Shown in pieces: positions 53,467 through 64,000 of a stretch of 64,000 bases of DNA (positions within the stretch are counted from its first letter, which is position 1; every line of letters begins with the position of its first letter). The stretch lies in sequence record ON190025.1. One strand, written 5' to 3'. The position numbers were made by a program, and so were the translations under genes. Under the pieces are notes generated by a model. That model was not told the origin of the DNA. It made no database searches and was given only the letters and a program-made list of their open reading frames with translations.

Positions 53467-54015
53467 ATGCCTATCGTAACAGGTGATTTAAGATTTAATA
53501 AAAGTCTGCACGTAGTTGCGGCTTCGCCGGGAAACGGCAACACAAACGATCAAGAAGTTGATTCACTGGGTGGTGGTATCAGTGCTACCGAGCTAGTTTC
53601 AGGTCAAGTTCATGATCTTTTCGATGCGGTACCTTCATCTGAAGCTTCTTCAGGTCGTGTTGAGTATCGCTTAATTTACGTCAAAAATAACCACCCATCG
53701 CTAACTTTGTATGATGCAATGGTGTATATGTCTGCCAATACAGCATCGACAGATTCTACTATCGAGCTAGGTCTAGACCCAGTGGCGCTTAACGGCGTTG
53801 ATTCGCTTATCACTCTAAATGACGAAGTTGATTCAGGTACTGAATTGTCAGCGGTTGTATTCGGTGAACATTCGACATTCGAATCAGGTCTTGATATCGG
53901 TAATTTAGCGGCAGGTGAATATCGAGCAATTTGGGTTAGGCGTACTATCAATGCAGGTGCAGCGGCAGCATTAGAAACTGCAACTATTACTGTTCGTGGA
54001 GACACTGACGCTTAA
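53467..54015 (+). CDS. Hypothetical late (probably virion) protein
   Basis: 182 aa beta-rich; GGAG SD; CTAAATA within a GTCTTC/GAAGAC palindrome upstream. Confidence 0.75.
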   Translation: MPIVTGDLRFNKSLHVVAASPGNGNTNDQEVDSLGGGISATELVSGQVHDLFDAVPSSEASSGRVEYRLIYVKNNHPSLTLYDAMVYMSANTASTDSTIELGLDPVALNGVDSLITLNDEVDSGTELSAVVFGEHSTFESGLDIGNLAAGEYRAIWVRRTINAGAAAALETATITVRGDTDA

Positions 54016-54125
54016 TGCCTGTTTATATCGCTGTGTGCTTAACGTACGCAGCGTTTGTCTATTGTATTGAGTGTTTGTACTCATATTATTGAAAAACGCT
54101 CACAGAGCGTTTTATAGAGGAACGT

Positions 54126-56436
<2,311 letters not shown>

Positions 56437-56437
56437 T

Positions 56438-56445
56438 TATAAATA
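56438..56445 (+). promoter_or_regulatory. T4 late promoter (gene 18)
   Basis: TATAAATA. Confidence 0.8.
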
Positions 56446-56482
56446 TTAAATGAACAAACAACTTAATGGTAAGGAAAAATAA

Positions 56483-58498
56483 ATGACTCTTTTATCTCCG
56501 GGTGTCGAAAATAAAGAGATTAACCTTGCAAGTGCTATCGGTCGTGCGTCTACAGGGCGTGCTGCTATGGTGGGGAAATTTGAGTGGGGTCCAGCATACA
56601 GCATCACTCAAGTAACTTCAGAGTCCGACTTGGTTACTATTTTCGGTCGTCCAAACGACTATACCGCAGCATCATTCATGACTGCGAACAACTTCTTGAA
56701 GTATGGTAACGATCTACGTCTAGTGCGTATCTGTGATGAGTCAAGTGCTCAGAACGCGACTGCATTATACAACGCTGTTGAATACACGCTAGGTGCATCA
56801 AACGGCTGTGTTGTTGGTGATGAAATCACAATTACTTACTCAGGTGTTGGTCCGCTTACTGAAAAAGGTAAAGTACTTGAAGTAGATGCGGGTAACAACA
56901 ACGCAGCAACTAAGATTTTCTTGCCTTCGGCAGAGATCGTTGCGGCTGCTAAAGCTGACGGGAACTACCCGGGCGTGGGTACAGTTACACTACAACCAAC
57001 TCAAGGTGATATTGCACTTTCTGCGATTGAAATTATCGATACTGGTTCAGTATACTTCCCTAATATCGAATTGTCAACAGGCGCGTTAACAGAGATTGAA
57101 ACTGAAGGCGGTGCACTGAAATATGCTGATCTAATCGAGAAGCAAGGTTTCTCTCGTATTGCTGCACGTTATGTTGGTAGCTACGGTGACAACATTTCTG
57201 TTGAAGTGATTAACTACGCTGACTATCAGACTGCATTTGCATTCGCGGCTGGTCATACACTAGGTGACATCGATCTACCAATCTACCCAGATGGTGGTAC
57301 TCGTTCAATCAACCTAGCTAGTTACTTCACTTTCGGCCCTGCAAACAGCAACCAATACGCTGTAATTGTTCGCGTATCTGGTGAAGTTGAAGAAGCGTTC
57401 ATCGTTTCTACGAACCCAGGTGACAAAGACGTGAACGGTCAATCTATTTTCATCGACGAGTACTTTGAAAATAGCGGTTCTGCGTACATCACTGCGATAG
57501 CAGAGGGTTGGAATACTGGCTCAGGTGCATACAATCTTGGTGGTGGTTACGACGCTAACGCTGGCGCAGACGACTGGATGCTTGGTCTAGATATGCTATC
57601 TGACCCAGAAGTGCTTTACACAAACTTGATCATTGCGGGTAATGCTGCGGCAGAAGAGCTATCAATTGCATCGACTGTTCAGAAATACGCGATTGACTCA
57701 GTTGGTAATGTACGTCAAGACTGTGTTGTTTTCGTATCGCCACCGGGTGTTCACGTAATCAACAAACAAGCGCATGTTGCAGTAGCGAATATTCAAGGCT
57801 GGCGCACGGGTATCGACCCGACTAACGGTCAACCTGTAACTGACAATCTAAACGTAAGCACGACTTATGCAGTGGTTGACGGTAACTATAAGTATCAGTA
57901 CGACAAGTACTCAGATCGCAATCGTTGGGTTCCTCTAGCGGGTGATATTGCAGGTCTATGTGCTTACACTGACCAAGTTTCTCAACCTTGGATGTCACCA
58001 GCGGGCTTCAATCGTGGTCAAATCAAGGGCGTAAACCGTCTAGCAGTTGATCTACGTCGTGCTCACCGTGATGCGCTATATCAAATCGGTATTAACCCTG
58101 TAGTGGGCTTTGCAGGTCAAGGCTTCGTACTATACGGTGATAAGACTGCTACACAGCAAGCAAGTGCATTTGACCGCATTAACGTGCGTCGTCTGTTCAA
58201 CTTGCTGAAGAAAGCGATCTCAGATGCTGCTAAGTATCGTCTATTCGAATTGAACGATGAGTTCACACGCTCAAGCTTCAAATCAGAAATCGACGCTTAC
58301 TTGACTAACATTCAAGATCTAGGCGGTATTTACGATTTCCGTGTTGTATGTGATGAGACAAACAACCCAGGGTCTGTCATCGACAGAAACGAGTTTGTAG
58401 CAAGTATCTACGTGAAACCTGCTAAGTCAATCAACTACATTACGCTGAACTTCGTAGCAACGTCAACTGACGCTGACTTTGCAGAAATCATCGGCTAA
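56483..58498 (+). CDS. 18: Tail sheath protein gp18
   Basis: LLSPGVENKE, WMSPAGFNRGQI, FDRINVRRLF. Confidence 0.97.
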   Translation: MTLLSPGVENKEINLASAIGRASTGRAAMVGKFEWGPAYSITQVTSESDLVTIFGRPNDYTAASFMTANNFLKYGNDLRLVRICDESSAQNATALYNAVEYTLGASNGCVVGDEITITYSGVGPLTEKGKVLEVDAGNNNAATKIFLPSAEIVAAAKADGNYPGVGTVTLQPTQGDIALSAIEIIDTGSVYFPNIELSTGALTEIETEGGALKYADLIEKQGFSRIAARYVGSYGDNISVEVINYADYQTAFAFAAGHTLGDIDLPIYPDGGTRSINLASYFTFGPANSNQYAVIVRVSGEVEEAFIVSTNPGDKDVNGQSIFIDEYFENSGSAYITAIAEGWNTGSGAYNLGGGYDANAGADDWMLGLDMLSDPEVLYTNLIIAGNAAAEELSIASTVQKYAIDSVGNVRQDCVVFVSPPGVHVINKQAHVAVANIQGWRTGIDPTNGQPVTDNLNVSTTYAVVDGNYKYQYDKYSDRNRWVPLAGDIAGLCAYTDQVSQPWMSPAGFNRGQIKGVNRLAVDLRRAHRDALYQIGINPVVGFAGQGFVLYGDKTATQQASAFDRINVRRLFNLLKKAISDAAKYRLFELNDEFTRSSFKSEIDAYLTNIQDLGGIYDFRVVCDETNNPGSVIDRNEFVASIYVKPAKSINYITLNFVATSTDADFAEIIG

Positions 58499-58549
58499 GA
58501 GCAATCACGAGGGGCTTTTTAGCCCCTCTAAATAATAAGGTAAGAGAAA

Positions 58550-59050
58550 ATGGCACTTAATGTAGACAACATTAAAAGAGCTTTCAGTAACGGTGATTTC
58601 GCTCGTCCAAACTTGTTCGAAGTTGAGATTCCGTATCTGGGACAAAATTTTAAATTCCAATGTCGAGCTTCTTCTATGCCACCGGGCAGCGTTGAAAAGC
58701 TTGAGGTCTCATATCAGAACCGTAAATACAACATCGCAGGTGATCGTACTTTCGATGATTGGAACGTTACGGTTTACAATGATGAGAATCACGACATTCG
58801 TAAAGCTATCTTGGCATGGCAAGCTCGTGCAGTAGGCTTAGGTAAAGACATTTCAGGTGAGACGCCAGATCAGTACAAGCGTACTGGTACAATCACGCAA
58901 TTAGACCGTAATGGAGACCCGACTACTTCAGCAACTGTATTCGGTATCTTCCCAACAATGGTCGGTGAAGTTGCGCTTGATTGGGACTCAAACAACGAAA
59001 TCGAAACGTTTGAAGTAACATTCAGCCTAGACTACTTCACAATGGACTAA
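58550..59050 (+). CDS. 19: Tail tube protein gp19
   Basis: ARPNLFEV, AGDRTFDDW. Confidence 0.97.
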   Translation: MALNVDNIKRAFSNGDFARPNLFEVEIPYLGQNFKFQCRASSMPPGSVEKLEVSYQNRKYNIAGDRTFDDWNVTVYNDENHDIRKAILAWQARAVGLGKDISGETPDQYKRTGTITQLDRNGDPTTSATVFGIFPTMVGEVALDWDSNNEIETFEVTFSLDYFTMD

Positions 59051-59089
59051 AGACTAGGGGCTTAATTGCCCCTTTATTGAGGTAAAAAT

Positions 59090-60640
59090 ATGTTAGAGTT
59101 TATGAAATTCTGGGCGAAAGAAGAAGAACAGGAAATACAACAAATCGATAAAAACCCTGTCCGTTCGTTTTCTGCGCCAGATAACGTAGATGGTGCTAAA
59201 GAGATTCATACTAACTTATTAGCACCTCAAATGGGAACTAACTTTATCCCGACTGACGGTCAATCTGCTCAAGGGACAGTACCCGTAAAAGAGTTGATAA
59301 AGGGATATCGAGCACTAGCAGAATATCACGAAGTCGATGATGCTATTCAAGAAATCGTCGATGAAGCTATCGTTTATGAAAACGATAAAGAAGTTGTGTG
59401 GTTGAACTTAGACAACACTGACTTCTCAGAAAATATCAAGACTAAAATTAACGAAGAATTTGATCGAGTGGTTGGCTTACTACAGATGCGTAAGCACGGC
59501 TACAAGTGGTTTCGAAAATGGTACGTTGATTCTCGAATCTACTTTCACAAAATTCTAGACAAAGAAGATAATATCATTGAGTTGCGCCCACTAGACCCGA
59601 CAAAAATGGAACTAGTTCGCGAAATTCAAAAAGAGACTATTGATGGTGTTGAAGTTGTAAAGGGCACGCTTGAGTATTACGTTTACAAGCAATCTGATTA
59701 CAAAATGCCGTCATGGATGAGTGGTTCTTCTCGCTCACAATCATCATTCAGAATTCCGAAAGATGCTATCGTATTTGCTCACAGCGGGTTAATGAAGGGA
59801 TGTGCTGACGAGCCGTATATTATCGGCTACTTAGATCGCGCAATTAAACCTGCGAACCAGTTGAAGATGCTAGAAGACGCATTGGTGATATACCGTCTAG
59901 CACGTGCACCTGAACGTCGAGTGTTTTATGTTGACGTAGGTAACTTGCCAACTCAGAAAGCACAACAATACGTAAACGGCATCATGCAAAACGTTAAAAA
60001 CCGCATTGTGTATGATACATCAACAGGTAAAGTCAAGAATACGACTAACGCAATGTCAATGCTTGAAGATTACTATCTTCCTCGCCGAGAAGGTTCGAAG
60101 GGTACAGAAGTAAGCACACTACCTGGCGGTCAGTCACTTGGTGACATCGAAGACGTTCTGTACTTCAATCGTAAGTTGTACAAAGCGATGCGTATTCCTA
60201 CATCACGCGCAGCGACAGAAGATCAAAATGGTGGTATCAACTTCGGTCAAGGCACTGAAATTTCGCGTGATGAGCTGAAATTCACGAAATTCGTTAAGCG
60301 TTTGCAGACGAAATTCGAAACTGTAATCACTGACCCGTTAAAACATCAGTTGATTGTAAATAACATCATAACAGAAGAAGAGTGGGATGCAAACCACGAA
60401 AAACTGTATGTTGTTTTCAACCAAGACTCGTATTTTGAAGAAGCTAAGGAATTAGAGATTCTAAATAGTCGTATGAACGCAATGCGCGACGTGCAAGAGT
60501 ACGCGGGCAAATATTACAGTCATAAATACATTCAGAAGAACATTTTACGTTTGTCTGACGATCAAATCACTGCTATGCAGAGTGAGATTGACGAAGAAGA
60601 GACAAACCCAAGGTTCCAACAAGACGATCACGGATTTTAA
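59090..60640 (+). CDS. 20: Portal protein gp20
   Basis: LEDALVIYRLARAPERRVFYVDVGNLP. Confidence 0.97.
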   Translation: MLEFMKFWAKEEEQEIQQIDKNPVRSFSAPDNVDGAKEIHTNLLAPQMGTNFIPTDGQSAQGTVPVKELIKGYRALAEYHEVDDAIQEIVDEAIVYENDKEVVWLNLDNTDFSENIKTKINEEFDRVVGLLQMRKHGYKWFRKWYVDSRIYFHKILDKEDNIIELRPLDPTKMELVREIQKETIDGVEVVKGTLEYYVYKQSDYKMPSWMSGSSRSQSSFRIPKDAIVFAHSGLMKGCADEPYIIGYLDRAIKPANQLKMLEDALVIYRLARAPERRVFYVDVGNLPTQKAQQYVNGIMQNVKNRIVYDTSTGKVKNTTNAMSMLEDYYLPRREGSKGTEVSTLPGGQSLGDIEDVLYFNRKLYKAMRIPTSRAATEDQNGGINFGQGTEISRDELKFTKFVKRLQTKFETVITDPLKHQLIVNNIITEEEWDANHEKLYVVFNQDSYFEEAKELEILNSRMNAMRDVQEYAGKYYSHKYIQKNILRLSDDQITAMQSEIDEEETNPRFQQDDHGF

Positions 60641-60653
60641 GAGGTAGCACATA

Positions 60654-60821
60654 ATGAGCTTAGAAACAATGGTAGCAGCGGCACGAGACGGTAAATTGGC
60701 AGATTTTGAATCTCAATTTCGCCAAGAAATCGGTCAGCGTGTAGCGGCGCGTATTGACGACATGAAGCAAGAACTTGGTCGTTCAATTACAGTAGACGGT
60801 GAAATCAATCAGGAGGACTAA
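60654..60821 (+). CDS. 67: Prohead core protein gp67-like
   Basis: 55 aa manual ORF MSLETMVAAARDGKLADFESQF..., GAGG SD, between 20 and 68. Confidence 0.75.
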   Translation: MSLETMVAAARDGKLADFESQFRQEIGQRVAARIDDMKQELGRSITVDGEINQED

Positions 60822-61313
60822 ATGAAGTTCATTTCCGAAGCCGTTCAAGAGAAAATCGTCGAAGATTTGGTAGAAGCAGTTCTTGGTGGTCAGTTAGATC
60901 GCCAAGATATCAGCGACACTATCAAAGCGTTTGCTGAAGCTGAAGATATCGGCGTTCACAGCAATAAAGACATCACGAACGAAGTTGAAGTTGTACTTGA
61001 CGTGCTAAGTTCTCTTGAAGACGGGTTATCAATCGATGAAGCGTGTGAAAAATTCGAACTTTCCGAAAAGCTAGTTAAGCAAGTTTCTATTGCTAACAAA
61101 AAAGCTGGCGGTAGTTTAATTACGAAGCGCAAAGACCGAAAAACCAGAGCGCGAAAAGCGACTCAAACAACTGGTCTAAGTAAATCGAAGAGACAAAAAA
61201 CAGCGCGAAAAGCGGCTAAAACACGCAAGCGTATGAAAGGCACTAGTGCAGATCGTAAAGCAAAAAAATTGCGTAAGAAGTCGATGAAGAAGCGTCAACA
61301 AATGGGGCTTTAA
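60822..61313 (+). CDS. 68: Prohead core protein gp68
   Basis: RARKATQTTGLSKSKR...RKAAKTRK basic C-terminus. Confidence 0.88.
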   Translation: MKFISEAVQEKIVEDLVEAVLGGQLDRQDISDTIKAFAEAEDIGVHSNKDITNEVEVVLDVLSSLEDGLSIDEACEKFELSEKLVKQVSIANKKAGGSLITKRKDRKTRARKATQTTGLSKSKRQKTARKAAKTRKRMKGTSADRKAKKLRKKSMKKRQQMGL

Positions 61314-61315
61314 TT

Positions 61316-61957
61316 ATGGAATTACAACTCTTAATTGAAGACTGGGGTTTATCTAGCGGTTGCGCTGATAGCTTCGGTGAAAAGCCTCTTGTTGAAGCGA
61401 AAATGCCCACGGAAAAGGGCGGTGACTTGTACATCGAAGGTATTTTCATGCAATCGAATGTCGTAAACCGTAATGGTCGTCGATACCCGAAAAAAGTCAT
61501 GGAAAATGCTGTATCTAAATACATGAAAGAACAAGTCAACACGAATCAAGCGTTGGGCGAGCTTAATCACCCAAGTCGTTCAAACGTTGACCCCGCTGAA
61601 GCTGCGATTCGAATTACTGAGTTGTGGTGGGACGGCGATAACGTAATGGGTAAAGCTATCGTACTAAATACACCGAAGGGACAAATAGTTCGAGGTCTGA
61701 TCGAAGGTGGTTGGGTACCGGGCGTGAGTTCAAGAGGTCTTGGTTCAGTTAAGCAAGTTGACGGCATCAACGAAGTGCAAGATTTCCGTCTTACAGTAGG
61801 CGTTGATGTAGTGTGGGGTCCTAGTGCACCTGCTGCTTACGTTAAACCAGTAACTGAGTCAAATGAAGCTGCTAAGTCAGTAAAAACAGAAGAAATTACA
61901 GAAAGTAATGACGCTGAATTTGCGAAACTAGCGGAAACGTTAAAAACTCTCTTATAA
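61316..61957 (+). CDS. 21: Prohead protease gp21
   Basis: EGIFMQ, NRNGRRYP, GELNHP, GVSSRGLGS. Confidence 0.97.
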   Translation: MELQLLIEDWGLSSGCADSFGEKPLVEAKMPTEKGGDLYIEGIFMQSNVVNRNGRRYPKKVMENAVSKYMKEQVNTNQALGELNHPSRSNVDPAEAAIRITELWWDGDNVMGKAIVLNTPKGQIVRGLIEGGWVPGVSSRGLGSVKQVDGINEVQDFRLTVGVDVVWGPSAPAAYVKPVTESNEAAKSVKTEEITESNDAEFAKLAETLKTLL

Positions 61958-61960
61958 ATA
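61953..61960 (+). promoter_or_regulatory. T4 late promoter (gene 22)
   Basis: TATAAATA. Confidence 0.8.
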
Positions 61961-61989
61961 TATAAAACATATTTAAGGAATTGAAGAAG

Positions 61990-62838
61990 ATGCAAATCAA
62001 AGAGCAACTACTTGAAGCTGTATCGCAAGACGATGCAAAAATCACTACTGCTTTGGATGGCATTTTTGAATCAGTTGAACTTTCCGAAGATGTTCGTAAT
62101 AAGTTCAGCACTGTTTTCGAAAGTGTAATCAAAACTAAAGCCGTTGAGCTTGCTGAAGCACATATCGCTGAAGCTGCTGAAAAGGCAGAAGCAGTAATCA
62201 ACGAACACAAAGCAGAGCTTGATGAAGCCGCTGAAAAATACGGTGAACATCTAGCAGAGCAAATGTCGAATAAACTAGATTCATATCTAGACCACGTTGT
62301 TGAAACATGGATGACTGAAAACAAACTAGCTGTTGAAAACGGTCTAAAAGTTTCAATGTTCGACGGGTTGATGGAAGGCATGAAGAATGTATTCATTGAG
62401 AACAACGTTCACTGTCCAGACGAGAAGATCGATATGATCGAAGCTCTTGAAGAAAACATTCAAGATCTTGAAGGTCGTCTAGATACAGTTGTTATCGAGA
62501 ACCGTCAACACAAAGAATACGCTAACTACGTAGAAAAAAATATCATCATCGAGCGCGTGACTGCTGGTATGGCTGACTCTCAAAAAGAGAAAGTTTCTGA
62601 CCTAGCTGAATCAATTCGCTTCGACGAGAACTTTGAAGACAATCTAAATAGTGTTATCAAGTTCGCATCAGGCATCAAACTTGCTGAAAAAGAAGATATG
62701 CCAAGTGATGACGACAAAAAACCGGCTGATAAAAAAGACGGTGAAGACGACGCTGACAAGAAAGACGACAAAGATATGAAAGAATCCGCAGTACCATCTA
62801 TGGCTGCATACTTGAAAGCTGCTCGTACTAATCGATAA
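61990..62838 (+). CDS. 22: Prohead scaffold gp22
   Basis: LDSYLDHVVETWMTENKLAVENGLK. Confidence 0.93.
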   Translation: MQIKEQLLEAVSQDDAKITTALDGIFESVELSEDVRNKFSTVFESVIKTKAVELAEAHIAEAAEKAEAVINEHKAELDEAAEKYGEHLAEQMSNKLDSYLDHVVETWMTENKLAVENGLKVSMFDGLMEGMKNVFIENNVHCPDEKIDMIEALEENIQDLEGRLDTVVIENRQHKEYANYVEKNIIIERVTAGMADSQKEKVSDLAESIRFDENFEDNLNSVIKFASGIKLAEKEDMPSDDDKKPADKKDGEDDADKKDDKDMKESAVPSMAAYLKAARTNR

Positions 62839-62862
62839 GCAATAAAACGTCAAAAAGCGTTA

Positions 62863-62870
62863 TATAAATA
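62863..62870 (+). promoter_or_regulatory. T4 late promoter (gene 23)
   Basis: TATAAATA. Confidence 0.8.
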
Positions 62871-62908
62871 CATCTATAAATTTTAGAACAAATTAAGGAA
62901 TCATTCAA

Positions 62909-64000
62909 ATGAACCTAACTGAAAAATGGAAAGAATTGCTTGAAGCAGACGGTGCGGAAATGCCAGAGATTGCGACTGCAACTAAGCAAAAAATCATGTC
63001 GAAAATCTTTGAAAACCAAGATCGCGACATCAACAACGATCCAATGTACCGTGACCCACAGTTAATCGAAGCATTCAATGCTGGTCTAAACGAAGCTGTA
63101 GTTAACGGTGACCATGGTTACGATCCGTCTAACATCGCTCAAGGTGTTACTACTGGTGCAGTAACAAACATCGGTCCGACTGTAATGGGTATGGTTCGTC
63201 GTGCTATTCCTCAGCTTATCGCATTCGATATCGCTGGTGTTCAGCCAATGACTGGCCCAACTAGCCAAGTATTCACACTTCGCTCAGTATACGGTAAAGA
63301 CCCGCTAACTGGTAAAGAAGCTTTCCACCCGACTCGTCAAGCTGACGCTTCGTTCTCTGGTCAAGCTGCTGCATCAACAATTGCAGATTTCCCAACTACT
63401 GGTGCTGCAACTGACGGTACTCCGTACAAAGCTGAAGTAACTACTTCTGGTGGCGACGTTGACACTCGTTACTTCCTAGCACTTGGCGCTGTTACTCTAG
63501 CAGTTGCAGGTGAAATGACTGCTACAGAATACACTGACGCAGTTGCAGGTGGTCTTCTAGTTGAGATCGACGCTGGTATGGCAACATCTCAGGCTGAACT
63601 ACAAGAGAACTTCAACGGTTCAAGCAACAACGAGTGGAACGAGATGTCATTCCGCATCGACAAACAAGTTGTTGAAGCGAAATCACGTCAATTGAAAGCT
63701 CAATACTCAATCGAGCTTGCACAAGATCTACGTGCTGTACACGGTCTAGACGCTGACGCTGAACTTAGCGGTATTCTTGCTAACGAAGTTATGGTTGAGC
63801 TTAACCGCGAAATCGTTAACCTAGTTAACTCTCAAGCGCAAATCGGTAAGTCTGGTTGGACTCAAGGTCAAGGCGCAGCGGGTGTATTCGACTTCGCAGA
63901 CGCTGTAGACGTTAAAGGTGCTCGTTGGGCTGGTGAAGCTTACAAAGCTCTACTAATTCAAATTGAGAAAGAAGCGAACGAAATCGGTCGTCAAACTGGT
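62909..64000 (+). CDS. 23: Major capsid protein gp23, 3' end off window
   Basis: Absent from the track; manual translation MNLTEKWKELLE...MGMVRRAIPQLIAFDIAGVQPMTGPT...KSRQLKAQYSIELAQDLRAVHGLDA. Confidence 0.97.
   Translation, partial: MNLTEKWKELLEADGAEMPEIATATKQKIMSKIFENQDRDINNDPMYRDPQLIEAFNAGLNEAVVNGDHGYDPSNIAQGVTTGAVTNIGPTVMGMVRRAIPQLIAFDIAGVQPMTGPTSQVFTLRSVYGKDPLTGKEAFHPTRQADASFSGQAAASTIADFPTTGAATDGTPYKAEVTTSGGDVDTRYFLALGAVTLAVAGEMTATEYTDAVAGGLLVEIDAGMATSQAELQENFNGSSNNEWNEMSFRIDKQVVEAKSRQLKAQYSIELAQDLRAVHGLDADAELSGILANEVMVELNREIVNLVNSQAQIGKSGWTQGQGAAGVFDFADAVDVKGARWAGEAYKALLIQIEKEANEIGRQTG

Overview
64 kb of a T4-like myophage genome. Gene content and order best fit the KVP40-type Vibrio phages (Schizotequatrovirus); this is an inference, not a database result. 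Layout: (1) 1-8001, four minus-strand tail-fibre/adhesin genes; (2) 8069-12738, accessory genes including a YkuK-type RNase H-fold protein, a DUF2828 (TROVE/Ro60-like plus vWA) protein and a cyclic-phosphate-processing receiver-like protein; (3) about 12230-21010, a minus-strand cluster of 29 tRNA genes covering all 20 amino acids, interleaved with structured non-coding elements and small ORFs; (4) 21273-64000, 57B/57A/dNMP kinase then the T4-type baseplate, neck, terminase, tail, portal, prohead and major capsid genes. Main finding: one RNA motif (a 6-7 bp helix, then 2 nt, then NCWGCAA, with an A-rich opposite strand) occurs 12 times on the minus strand. It is in the 5' UTR of the DUF2828 gene, where it pairs over the start codon; in six free-standing RNAs between tRNAs, one with the circularly permuted tRNA fold of bacterial YrlA Y RNAs; and, inverted, in place of the anticodon loop of five tRNA-shaped RNAs. 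This looks like a phage Ro60/Y-RNA-like ribonucleoprotein system with a family of cognate RNAs. Independently, two inverted ~100 bp elements 26 kb apart (covarying hairpin plus six TTAG motifs at exact 9 bp spacing) look like replication origins. All RNA folds were derived by eye and need computational confirmation.
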